A DNA stretch of 64,000 nucleotides from an uncultured virus (IMG/VR IMGVR_UViG_3300020020_000004) (taxonomy: Duplodnaviria; Heunggongvirae; Uroviricota; Caudoviricetes): the IMG/VR virus record IMGVR_UViG_3300020020_000004; one strand, written 5' to 3'. A program made the position numbers and the translations under genes. The notes below the pieces were generated by a model. That model saw only the letters and a program-made list of their open reading frames with translations. It ran no database searches and was not told the origin of the DNA. This document shows, one piece after another, positions 1-9,047 of this stretch. The number at the start of each line of letters is the position of its first letter. The stretch's first letter is position 1.

Positions 1-1087
1 GCGTCTCGCTGTTATGTCCAGGAGGATAGACAGGTCGTGTGCCTCGCCCTAACATCTGGACCCACAACACTGTGGACATAGTTGGACGCAGGACAATAAT
101 CATATCCACTGTCGGATCGTCATAGCCTGTTGTCAGAATGTTATTATTGACTAGGGCACGGATCTTGCCGGCTCGGAAGGCTTTGATTGTGGCGTCACGA
201 TCGTCGCGCCTGCTGTGAACACATCCCGCAGGGATTCCCATCTCGTTCATGATCTGAGCGATGTGTTCCGCGTGTTCGATACCCGCTCCAAACACCAACC
301 ACTTCTTACGATCCTTACCAAGTTCAATAGCCTCTTTGATTGCAGCGACAGTGACTTCGTGTTTGTCGACTGCGATCTGCAAGTCTTTTTCAATAAATTC
401 ACCACCACGGAGATGGACTCCGTCTACGTTAAGCTCTGTCTTCATCTTCTTAGGGATCAGCGGGACAAGGTAGCCCTCAGCGATCAACCTGTTGAAGCTG
501 TGATAGTTTGTGATGTCGAAGCAGAAATCTGTAAAGACGCTAGGATGCAATTTTCCTTCTTTGTCTAGATACGGATCAGTTAGCTTCCCGTGTCCCATAC
601 GCCAAGGAGTAGCAGTGAGTCCGATCACACGAAGATGCGGATTGATTAATCTCAATGCTTCAATGAACGTCTGGTACATTGTATTGCCGCGCGGGCTAAC
701 TAGATGTACCTCGTCAATAATGATTAAGTCTACATGCCCAAAGAGTTGCGGTTGTCGCCATACGGAAGCGATGCCGCCCAGTGTAATAGGCTGTCTGGAA
801 TTCTTCTGCCCGAGTCCGTCGCTGTAGATACCAACGGGAGCGTCTGGCCACAATGCTATTAGCTTCTCAAAATTTTGCTGAATCAGTTCCTTAACATGAG
901 TCAGCAGCATGACCTTCTGAAACGGGAAAGCTTTGAAGACGCCTTCGAGAAAGCGAGCGTTGACGATCGTCTTCCCGCTTCCCGTGGGCATTGCGAGGAT
1001 TGGATTTCCAACAGGATGATGTTGGAAGTACGTCCATATACTCTGGACGGCCTCCGTTTGGTACTGTCTATCGATAAAGGGTTTCAT
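1..1087 (-). CDS. Superfamily 2 DEAD/DEAH-box helicase (RadD/YejH-like), 3'-truncated by window edge
   Basis: Not in ORF track. Manual translation from ATG at 1087: MKPFIDRQYQ...LAMPTGSGKT (Walker A)...IIIDEVH (DExH)...GLTATP...ILTTGYD...QMLGRGTR (motif VI). Open to position 1. Confidence 0.9.
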   Translation of the reverse strand, partial: MKPFIDRQYQTEAVQSIWTYFQHHPVGNPILAMPTGSGKTIVNARFLEGVFKAFPFQKVMLLTHVKELIQQNFEKLIALWPDAPVGIYSDGLGQKNSRQPITLGGIASVWRQPQLFGHVDLIIIDEVHLVSPRGNTMYQTFIEALRLINPHLRVIGLTATPWRMGHGKLTDPYLDKEGKLHPSVFTDFCFDITNYHSFNRLIAEGYLVPLIPKKMKTELNVDGVHLRGGEFIEKDLQIAVDKHEVTVAAIKEAIELGKDRKKWLVFGAGIEHAEHIAQIMNEMGIPAGCVHSRRDDRDATIKAFRAGKIRALVNNNILTTGYDDPTVDMIIVLRPTMSTVLWVQMLGRGTRPVYPPGHNSET

Positions 1088-2028
1088 AAGAAGTGACTCG
1101 CTACCTTATAGAACTGGCAACCTACAAGTTGTTTTTCCTGCGTTAGTATAGCATGTTCAGTGGGGTGGGTGCAAGCCCATCGTCCCTCGGATTGGACTTG
1201 AACATATTTGCAGGTACGGCAGTTCCTATCAGGAGCTCGTTTCATATGGCAGACAGGTTTGTGTTCGCACCAAGTACATTTCCAGAACCCTGGCGAGGTA
1301 CTGAGCTTAGTTGGGGGCGTCGCAGCTTGTATCAGTTTCTCGCCTCGTTCAATATACTGGTCTGCATGCTCGGGATTGAGAGTAATGATTTCGATATAAA
1401 GGTCGTCAGTATTTTTATTGACTGCCATATAGAGACAGCTCGCAATACCCATCTTGCGCATGTAGATCTGCGCTTGAACAAAATGCTCTGGTTTAGCGTC
1501 GCGAACACCTTTTCCCTTGAAGTGTCCCTCGCTGGCTAGATATGATCGCCACTCTTCTAGCTTCCCCGCTAGCTCGATAAAGGATCGTTCATTATGTGTC
1601 TTCGCTTCAATAAGAGCTGGGCTGTTATTATAATGTGTTACCCCGTCGCCGCTTCCTCCTCCATGACCATCCCCGAAGGCGATACGAAACTGTTTTCCGT
1701 TTGCATCTTGTTGATAGACAGGCATCCCAACGGTGAGAAGCATTGCGATGAAACGCGCCTCTTCAATATGTCCACGGTTGAATAGACGGAGCATGCGGCC
1801 TTGAAATGCTGCCTTGGTAGCCCATCGAAAGCTATACCATACGGCGCGGCCACAGTCATGCCCGAGCTGAGAAGCTCCCATGTGACTTCGATGGGATTCT
1901 TCCGTGTCCCTGTATGCGTCCGACATATGCGGAAGCACCTGCCCTAGCCAGCCTCTATATGCAGCCCCTTGATCAATTGCAATAGCCTTATCGATAGCAA
2001 GACATAGATCGCGTGCAATGTCAACCAT
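1084..2028 (-). CDS. Cas4-like PD-(D/E)XK phage exonuclease with Cys cluster
   Basis: SQLGHDCGRAVW, GDG...LIEAKT, QAQIYM and C-terminal CTWCEHKPVC / CRTC motifs; sits in recombination module. Confidence 0.8.
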   Translation of the reverse strand: MVDIARDLCLAIDKAIAIDQGAAYRGWLGQVLPHMSDAYRDTEESHRSHMGASQLGHDCGRAVWYSFRWATKAAFQGRMLRLFNRGHIEEARFIAMLLTVGMPVYQQDANGKQFRIAFGDGHGGGSGDGVTHYNNSPALIEAKTHNERSFIELAGKLEEWRSYLASEGHFKGKGVRDAKPEHFVQAQIYMRKMGIASCLYMAVNKNTDDLYIEIITLNPEHADQYIERGEKLIQAATPPTKLSTSPGFWKCTWCEHKPVCHMKRAPDRNCRTCKYVQVQSEGRWACTHPTEHAILTQEKQLVGCQFYKVASHFL

Positions 2029-2038
2029 TATCTACTCC

Positions 2039-2068
2039 AAAAAAGGGGTCCTGCGAACAGGACCCCTT
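2039..2068 (-). terminator. Rho-independent terminator after SSB gene
   Basis: AAGGGGTCCTG-cgaa-CAGGACCCCTT perfect stem with A-run at left (U-tract on minus strand). Confidence 0.7.
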
Positions 2069-2085
2069 GAGATGGTTACGTTCAG

Positions 2086-3000
2086 TTACGCAGGCGGCCT
2101 GGCCCACGGCGGCTGAGCAGTCTGAGCAGAAGTAACAGCAGGATCCTGCGGCTGTTGGACAGCCTGAGGAGCTTGCTGAGTCGGAGGGGGCGCAGCGAAC
2201 CCAACAGGCCCTGGCTGTTGTGCGGGCTGCTTTTGGGGTTCGGCGTACTGTGCCGGCTGTTGCTGCTGAGGCGCCTGCTGCGGCTGCTGCGGGGCCTGCT
2301 GTTGCGGAGGCTGTCCCCACGGCTGTTGGGTCTGGGGCTGCTGCCAACCACCGTTCGGAGGAGCAGTCTGCTGCGGCTGTTGCTGCGGAGGCTGCTGATA
2401 GACAGGCTGCTGCGGAGTCTGTTGCGGATACGCTCCGTTCTGCTGCGGAGCAGTCTGCTGCGGAGGTGCCCAAGGCTGCTGTACAGGTGCTTGCTGAGGA
2501 GCAGTCTGTTGTGGTGCCTGTTGTGGTGCCCATCCAGTGGGTGCTGTTGCGGGAGCTCCTGCCGGTGCCCCAGGCTGAGCGAGAACGCCAGGGACCACAT
2601 AGTTGATGGGCTTGTAGCTCTTGATCTCCGACTTGTCGTCGTAGACGCCGTTGGGGTCCTTGATGGTTTTGACACGTCCCTTCAGCGGGATATTGTGGAG
2701 CTGCTGGGTGTCCTGAACATAAGGCAGATTGAGAGCGGCACAGATTGCACTCAGTTCGCGATTCGCAATCTCCATCGTCTGGATATTGGTGTGCCGCATG
2801 TTCAGGCCAGTGAACACCTTGCGTCCCTGGTGCGGTCCGTCGATGATGGAGAACCGCAGAACGAGACGAAGGTGGTTGGGGTTGCCGTCTTTCGTCGGCA
2901 TGGCATTGGTCTCGTCGATAACGAAGTTGTACCAGCCTTCCGGAATGACATCATTGTCAAGCGGAACAAATTGTCGCGCGTCGAAGTTAAGTTGCACCAT
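2086..3000 (-). CDS. DUF669-like single-stranded DNA-binding protein with long Pro/Gln-rich tail
   Basis: N-terminal LNFDA..VIPEGWY..I..F.IIDGPHQGRKVF domain, P/Q low-complexity tail ending PPWARPPA; follows AAA_24 gene. Confidence 0.8.
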   Translation of the reverse strand: MVQLNFDARQFVPLDNDVIPEGWYNFVIDETNAMPTKDGNPNHLRLVLRFSIIDGPHQGRKVFTGLNMRHTNIQTMEIANRELSAICAALNLPYVQDTQQLHNIPLKGRVKTIKDPNGVYDDKSEIKSYKPINYVVPGVLAQPGAPAGAPATAPTGWAPQQAPQQTAPQQAPVQQPWAPPQQTAPQQNGAYPQQTPQQPVYQQPPQQQPQQTAPPNGGWQQPQTQQPWGQPPQQQAPQQPQQAPQQQQPAQYAEPQKQPAQQPGPVGFAAPPPTQQAPQAVQQPQDPAVTSAQTAQPPWARPPA

Positions 3001-3011
3001 AAGGTGACTCC

Positions 3012-3740
3012 TTACGAGTTGATGATCTTGTTGAAGACATAGCCTAGATGTGGAGGTTCCACGTTTGCGAGGGCTCCACTTCTGTCCTTCGCCTCAAACT
3101 GAAGGTCAGGTTGCGTTTGCAGGAAACGGAACTCCTTCTGGGTCGTTGGATCCTTACCTATCCCGAGGCGGAATACCTCATCGAAAAAATAAGGTAACTT
3201 AGGACCTAACTTAGCGCCCGGCATCGACGGTCCATACTTAACGATACCAGATAATTCATCTTTCATCGGCTCCATCTTTGCGGAGACGAGTACGTTCTTA
3301 CCCTGGAGATCCCGGAAAGCTCTGATTAGGGTTTCCATCTTTTCGATCAATTCCCCGTAGGCCTGCCTTGGATCTTTCACCTGTCGTTTAGCGTTGTTGA
3401 GAACAACTTCACCGATCTCGGTTATGCTGTCCAATCCAACGCTCTGGAAGTTACGAGCTTCTGCACTCTGCAGACACCAGAGATGCGCGTCTCGTAAGTC
3501 GTCTGCCGTGTTAATGGTAATGATCGGCATATTGTAACAGATAGACTGATCATTACCAAATAGACGTCTCAAGTTAGATTCGCGGAGAGATAACAAACCG
3601 GACTCCGCAGAGATCAGAACTGGAGTTGGGAGTGTGGCAGTAAGAACTGTCTTCCCAACTCCTGCGCCCCCGTAGACAAGCACTTTGATCCCATTGGAGA
3701 AAGACTCCTCGGAAGCGGTAGAGAACTGAAGTGGCATCAA
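3012..3740 (-). CDS. AAA_24 / Sak4-like NTP-binding recombination protein
   Basis: KVLVYGGAGVGKT Walker A, LDSITE Walker B, AKDRSG C-terminal motif. Confidence 0.85.
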   Translation of the reverse strand: MMPLQFSTASEESFSNGIKVLVYGGAGVGKTVLTATLPTPVLISAESGLLSLRESNLRRLFGNDQSICYNMPIITINTADDLRDAHLWCLQSAEARNFQSVGLDSITEIGEVVLNNAKRQVKDPRQAYGELIEKMETLIRAFRDLQGKNVLVSAKMEPMKDELSGIVKYGPSMPGAKLGPKLPYFFDEVFRLGIGKDPTTQKEFRFLQTQPDLQFEAKDRSGALANVEPPHLGYVFNKIINS

Positions 3741-4174
3741 CTACTCCTTTTTGGAATGACAATATCGAGTCCGGGCATACCCGGCTTGATCACAAGTACT
3801 TGGTCAAACAAGAGGCGCTGTTCGTCGGTAAGCAGACGATACTCTTTGATTGAAACCTCAGGCTTCCATTTAACCAATTTCTCCAGCTCCAACTTGGGCT
3901 GGTTGCTGTCTGGCATCGCCTGCACCTTCGCCAATTCTGCCAACAGCTCGACCTGCACAGCGCGATTGATAGTATGCACCCCCTTTGCGACAGCACCTGT
4001 TCCATCGTTCAGCGGATAGGTGTTGGTACCCTCTTCCGGAGTTGGAAACAGTCCAGCAAAAATGAACTGACGAAGAACAACTTCCTTGTTCTTCATCTCA
4101 TCCATTTGCTTTTTGAGTTCGTACCACTCTTTAAGATGGTCGAGGGAAACTTGGCGTTCGGGAATTAGAACCAT
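3737..4174 (-). CDS. Conserved hypothetical phage protein (recombination module)
   Basis: Start revised to ATG 4174 (GGAG RBS, downstream of promoter at 4209-4237); overlaps next gene by 4 nt. Confidence 0.65.
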   Translation of the reverse strand: MVLIPERQVSLDHLKEWYELKKQMDEMKNKEVVLRQFIFAGLFPTPEEGTNTYPLNDGTGAVAKGVHTINRAVQVELLAELAKVQAMPDSNQPKLELEKLVKWKPEVSIKEYRLLTDEQRLLFDQVLVIKPGMPGLDIVIPKRSS

Positions 4175-4208
4175 AGGAAGTACTCCGTGTTTGTGTTGTC
4201 GATCCCAC

Positions 4209-4237
4209 TTTATAGCATAGTAAGCGGTCGGATGCAA
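4209..4237 (-). promoter_or_regulatory. sigma70-like extended -10 promoter
   Basis: Minus strand TTGCAT-N17(ending TGC)-TATAAA. Confidence 0.7.
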
Positions 4238-4240
4238 GTG

Positions 4241-4606
4241 TCAAGGCATTGATTTCATTTTTGGGTATTGTACCTCAATGACAGGAACGCCGGCAGCCCG
4301 TGCTTGTCTCACCATATTCGCAGTTCCATTCCCGCCCGGAAATGCAATCACAACATGTGGACCATGTAGTAACATCTCGGCATTTCGTTTTGGTCCTGCA
4401 TGGAGACCATAGACGGTCCATTCTGCTTTGACCTTATGATGTTCGATAGCATGTTCAACGGCCCATGCACCAGCAATAGCATCGACATGCAATGCTCCGC
4501 CCTCGATTAGAGTCTTGATTCTTTTTCCGCTATGGTACCAATCAAGCCATTGGCGGATAAAGTTCGGTTGACTGTAGAGATGACTGCCGCAGACGATGAC
4601 TTTCAT
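4241..4606 (-). CDS. SLOG-family (DUF2493/YspA-like) protein
   Basis: MKVIVCGS...LIEGGA..VDAIA..WA...AGPKRNAEML...VIAFPGGNGTANMV signature. Confidence 0.8.
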   Translation of the reverse strand: MKVIVCGSHLYSQPNFIRQWLDWYHSGKRIKTLIEGGALHVDAIAGAWAVEHAIEHHKVKAEWTVYGLHAGPKRNAEMLLHGPHVVIAFPGGNGTANMVRQARAAGVPVIEVQYPKMKSMP

Positions 4607-6966
4607 GTTCCCCTGACCCAGTATAGATCACCCGCGATCATTCCTTTTTCATGCGGGTCTCTGATTTCTTTAAGTCTTCCCATCTGAATAAGAGTCTGAA
4701 TTGTACTTTTCAATTTTTTATCGTCGAAGTTACCATCAGTCTTAAAAGCAGGTATATGTTGCATTCTTTGTCGAATATAGCTATATTGAATTTTTCCAGA
4801 TGCCTGTAGTTCAGGTCTTATTTTATAACTTTCTGCGACAGCTTTATTCAGATAGTCATCAATAAGTTTTTCAAGTTTCTTAGACTGTACACTATCACCA
4901 GTTCCTATATCACCTGTCTCTTGTTTAGTTTTGAAATTATTGATATCATTCATTATCATTCGTTCAAAATAATCCCAATGATCTTTTGTAACAATAGGAA
5001 CTGTAATATCTCCCTGAGGTGTTGGTGGAGGTGTATCTAAGATCGCTGCAAGAGTTGCTAAAACGTTAATTCGATTAAGAGAACGAGACCACATATGGTG
5101 TTCAATATCACCACTCCTGGTCTGAACTGCTTTATTATAATTTCTATCGCAATATCTACGAAAATTATGATACCGAATATTAGCTTCTGAATCTAAATTA
5201 GCGGTGATGGGTGCTCGTTTTTGAGTAACAATTATATCAGCAATTCTAGCAATTATAACTAGATAATCTATAAATCTAGGATCGACTGTGTGATCTATAT
5301 TCTTATTCATTTCGGTTCGTGTTCCTTTATATTCAAAGATATTGAATCGTGAAATAAATCCATTATTAAGAAGGAAGGAATTGACACTTTCAAAGACCTC
5401 AGGTGTAGTATCACCTAAGATACTATATGCAGGAGATTTAACTGAGAATACATTCTTAGTGGCATCGCTATAGATAATTGAATTCGATAAAGAATGAGGC
5501 CCTGCTTTAGAATGTAAGTCAAGCATAACGGACATTAGTCCTTGTATATTTTCATCTCGAGTATTTGCAAATCTTTTTATCAATGATCCAAATTCAGCCA
5601 TAATCTGAGCAAAGGATGTTCGTATTGGAGTAAAATGTTTTACGAGTCCTTGTCCACTTGCAAAGTTTCCAAAATGAAAATAATCTTTGAATGTTGGAAA
5701 TTTCTGTTGGCAGATTTCAATCAATCTAGCAATACCTTTTTGCATCTCATCTTTGCCCATTCCAGAAGGGGCAACAACAAGGTTATAAGTGTTTAGACCA
5801 GATGAGGTGGACGTATTCCAAGCTCTTCCACAAAGAGCTGATACTACGGTGATTGCAGCAGCTACTGAGAATTCAACGTTTGGATAAACCGATCCTCGAT
5901 AAAAATAATGAGCTAGATAACCCAGACCTCCTGGTGGAAATTCTGTATGAGTCATGTGATCTTCCGGATCTGGTGGGAGATCTATATCAACTATATGTTC
6001 GACTGTTTGGAATTGAATAGGATCAGGAGTGAAGACAACAGATCCGTCGGCGGTACGTAGAAGAGCTTGTTCGGCTTCATATCTGGCAATGATAGCGTCT
6101 GCACTGCGTTTGCCAGCTTCTATATCTACCATCTCAGCTTGACGAATAAACCGAGCATGGCGCAGGGTACGCACAACGTAATCAGTTCGATTTGCTTTAG
6201 TTCTTTTTCCCAGCCCGGACTGACGGAATAGGCGCTTACATTGTTCATTCGATTGAGTATAACGTACAAGGTGGACCATCAGGTCAAGATCGCCTTCGGA
6301 CTGTGACGGATGATCTAATTCACGCCACATTCCTTGCCAGAGCATTCTTGCGTCTTCGTTCTCCCATAGCTTGCGACCTACGTCTTCGTCGCTCTCTATT
6401 TGGGGTAGCTCCTCGAGAATAACTTCATCGTAACCTGCAGACATAGGCATCTGACTAATCATCTTAGTCAGTTTCTCTTGTCTGAATTCTAATTGTTCTT
6501 TAAGATGCAAGACGTTGCCAGTACAGATCATAAATCTATTCTGGCTGTAGATCTCTACGCCGTCCCGCCGTCGGCCGAGTCCAATGCTCCCCTTGCACCA
6601 AATATGGATTCCGTGCCCGCCGACAGATCGTTCAGTGTAGCTGTCAAACGATTGAACAATGGTCTGGAATAAATCCAGAGACTCCTTTGTGGTGTTGGGT
6701 TTTACGTCAAGATCGATACAAGTAATATCTTCGCCTTCGCATATGACGAAGCCGATTGCAAGATTGTGTGTCAGTGCAAGGGTCGTAACTTCCTCGAAGC
6801 TCATCCACTGCGAGCTGAGATGTCTTGAAACAGAGGCGTTGTAGAATTGACCTTCTTTGAAAAAGATGGGATTCTTGTTGGCAGGATGAGCAACGAGCCA
6901 CTGACGCTTCAGGCGCAACTCCATGGGAATATTTCGCCATTGGAGTAGGCGCGGATCGTCGGCCAT
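4603..6966 (-). CDS. Primase-polymerase (AEP/NrS-1-like) fused to DUF3987-like helicase
   Basis: CIDLD, YTERSVGGHGIHIW, EIYSQNRFM in N-terminus; VVAPSGMGKD Walker A and NGFISRF in C-terminus. Confidence 0.85.
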   Translation of the reverse strand: MADDPRLLQWRNIPMELRLKRQWLVAHPANKNPIFFKEGQFYNASVSRHLSSQWMSFEEVTTLALTHNLAIGFVICEGEDITCIDLDVKPNTTKESLDLFQTIVQSFDSYTERSVGGHGIHIWCKGSIGLGRRRDGVEIYSQNRFMICTGNVLHLKEQLEFRQEKLTKMISQMPMSAGYDEVILEELPQIESDEDVGRKLWENEDARMLWQGMWRELDHPSQSEGDLDLMVHLVRYTQSNEQCKRLFRQSGLGKRTKANRTDYVVRTLRHARFIRQAEMVDIEAGKRSADAIIARYEAEQALLRTADGSVVFTPDPIQFQTVEHIVDIDLPPDPEDHMTHTEFPPGGLGYLAHYFYRGSVYPNVEFSVAAAITVVSALCGRAWNTSTSSGLNTYNLVVAPSGMGKDEMQKGIARLIEICQQKFPTFKDYFHFGNFASGQGLVKHFTPIRTSFAQIMAEFGSLIKRFANTRDENIQGLMSVMLDLHSKAGPHSLSNSIIYSDATKNVFSVKSPAYSILGDTTPEVFESVNSFLLNNGFISRFNIFEYKGTRTEMNKNIDHTVDPRFIDYLVIIARIADIIVTQKRAPITANLDSEANIRYHNFRRYCDRNYNKAVQTRSGDIEHHMWSRSLNRINVLATLAAILDTPPPTPQGDITVPIVTKDHWDYFERMIMNDINNFKTKQETGDIGTGDSVQSKKLEKLIDDYLNKAVAESYKIRPELQASGKIQYSYIRQRMQHIPAFKTDGNFDDKKLKSTIQTLIQMGRLKEIRDPHEKGMIAGDLYWVRGT

Positions 6967-7011
6967 TGATGGCTCCGTTGAGCGAACCAGAACGCGATAG
7001 GGAAGAAAAAC

Positions 7012-7040
7012 ACTATAGCATGGAGGGGGTTAGCGGTCAA
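7012..7040 (-). promoter_or_regulatory. sigma70-like extended -10 promoter upstream of primase
   Basis: Minus strand TTGACC-N17(ending TGC)-TATAGT. Confidence 0.7.
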
Positions 7041-7044
7041 GCCC

Positions 7045-7656
7045 CTAGATCTGGGGTTTCGTCTCTTTGACCGCCACAAGCTCCTTTTGCCAGCGTCCGA
7101 GCTCGTTACTGCTGGTCGAAACCTTTATCTTATGCTCATCATTGAGCACTTTCATGATCGTTTGACGGAGAACAAGTATGGTTGGAATATCCAAAGGTTT
7201 TCCCGCAGCCTCCCACATTTCGGTAGCAACGCGATGTATCAATGGACCAACCGAACCCCGCCGCGCATTAGGCAAACGTTGAGGCCGAGGAGGGGGAAGA
7301 GGTGCGCTGATAACAATATTGGGAGCCTCTAATGTAGGGAGCCGGCTGGGTTCGAAGCGTAATTGTTTCGCGAGCGCAGCTCGTATTTGCAGACGCATGG
7401 TAAGAAATGCTTTCTCATCCATCTTAGCTGGAGAAAGAGGTGGTTCAAGCTTTAGCCAAGTATAGAGACGTCGAAGTTTGATCTCAGACCAATGTGAAAG
7501 AGCACTGAGAAACAAAGGATCATCGATCGCTTCAACTCGCGAGCTCCTTACCAGCTGAAGGTGAGTTGGAAGTTCCCCTTCCTCAAATCGCAATTGATCC
7601 GGAACCGGCGCTACGTGTAGGATCCGTGGGTTGACCATGTCGAATAAGAGCCACAT
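7045..7656 (-). CDS. Hypothetical phage protein
   Basis: 203-aa ORF, co-directional, abuts neighbours. Confidence 0.55.
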   Translation of the reverse strand: MWLLFDMVNPRILHVAPVPDQLRFEEGELPTHLQLVRSSRVEAIDDPLFLSALSHWSEIKLRRLYTWLKLEPPLSPAKMDEKAFLTMRLQIRAALAKQLRFEPSRLPTLEAPNIVISAPLPPPRPQRLPNARRGSVGPLIHRVATEMWEAAGKPLDIPTILVLRQTIMKVLNDEHKIKVSTSSNELGRWQKELVAVKETKPQI

Positions 7657-8136
7657 TTAGAGTGTCCTCTGTCTCATTCCAGGAACGTTCTTGCGCTCGT
7701 CGTACTGCACATCACGCTCTAACCAACCGACAGCACTCATTGATATTCCATCGGGCAATACCCAGATATGAAATTTGTTACTTGTATCTACCTTTCGACT
7801 TTCGCGTGGATATAGTTCAAATCCTTCGCGCTCTTCTCCACAAATCTCATTTTTGATTTGCTGAAAATGACGCCAGTCTCGAATGTCGCATGCTCCATCA
7901 AGACGTCGAATGCAGATATGCGTCATCACTCTATCGGGGCCGCATTTTGCAACCTGTACTTGATAAAGATTGTTGGTGTAATAGTCACAGGTATTGTGTA
8001 GATCGTCTAACATCTTAAGAGCTGCGGTCTCATCGACCGAATAAGAACGCATTGTCTCTTCAATAACTTCGCGTCGAATTGGATGGAATTCTTCTTTTTT
8101 CAATTTACGCAGCGGTCTCCAATTTCGTGGCGTCAT
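7657..8136 (-). CDS. Conserved phage protein (DUF7694-like)
   Basis: HICIRR...DWRHFQQIKNEICG...ELYP...HIWV pattern, also seen at 54830. Confidence 0.6.
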   Translation of the reverse strand: MTPRNWRPLRKLKKEEFHPIRREVIEETMRSYSVDETAALKMLDDLHNTCDYYTNNLYQVQVAKCGPDRVMTHICIRRLDGACDIRDWRHFQQIKNEICGEEREGFELYPRESRKVDTSNKFHIWVLPDGISMSAVGWLERDVQYDERKNVPGMRQRTL

Positions 8137-8700
8137 GCAGCACCTTTTCCTTCAGCAGCGAATTGAGCTCTGAGCGCCTCTGTCTCCCGTTGATCAATCA
8201 GACTGTAGGTGTATCTTGGGTTACTCAGTTTTCTTATCTGGATGAACAACTCGTTCGCCCAGATTGGGTTGTCGCCTGAATACAAGATAGATTCCTCATG
8301 CTTGAGATGATCTATCTCAACAATCTGAAAGCGTTTCATTCTATCTGTACCTCTAGTTAGAGTGAATGCGGGAGTTGATGACCTTGGACGGCGCTATGAT
8401 TACCCCGTACGAAGACCGCAGGTCACCTTTCTGAAAACCGACGCTCCCGCTCACCGATCGAAGTACTCTCCGCCGGGGTGGCTCATTTAACCTTTGCTGC
8501 TCGAACTGCTGGAGTCTCGTTCTCGTCGAATGTCTCCCACCAAGCTTTAAAGATTCTCTTTGCTTGGGGTTCGGGAACACCGAATTGCTTCTGAATGTAC
8601 GGGACCGAACCGAACATGTTGGTGACGCCTGATTCCTTTAGGGTGTCCAAGTATTCGAAGTAGGTTTCCCACATCTGAGGAGTGATAGTTTCTTCCATGG

Positions 8701-8790
8701 CGAGTTCTCCGGTCGAGTTAGAAGTTGAGGTCGAGTTACTGGTCGAGGTCGAGTTTTCTGCCGGCAGTCGAGTCTTTAGCCGACCGAGTC
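8701..8790. repeat. Array of 7 co-oriented CGAG(T) motifs
   Basis: cgagtt, ggtcgagtt, ggtcgagtt, ggtcgaggtcgagtt, gtcgagtc, ccgagtc in about 90 bp, mostly intergenic. Confidence 0.6.
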
Positions 8791-9018
8791 TTCTTTCGAA
8801 GTCAATTTTGCAACAATATCGAAGTGGCCGCCCATAACAAGATGAACCTTTTTATTCCTTAGCGTAATCGCGCTACTAGGCACATCTGTACCACAGCAGT
8901 CTTCGACGTCAGACACCTCAACGGGGTTGATGCTCACTGGTGTTCGAAGACGTGGTTCCATATTCCAACGAATGAACGTGACAAGTTTGAGCATTCTGAA
9001 CCTCGGTTAAGCTATAGC

Positions 9019-9047
9019 ATAGTAGCACAGATTTGGGTTCGATGCAA
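9019..9047 (-). promoter_or_regulatory. sigma70-like extended -10 promoter
   Basis: Minus strand TTGCAT-N17(ending TGC)-TACTAT upstream of 8776-8994. Confidence 0.7.

Noticed and set aside
1084..2028. Cas4 as part of a CRISPR-Cas system
   Set aside because: No cas1/cas2 or array; lies in a standard phage recombination module.
2021..3042. Several overlapping Ala-, Ser- or Leu-rich ORFs
   Set aside because: Alternate frames of the CAG/CCG-rich SSB tail.
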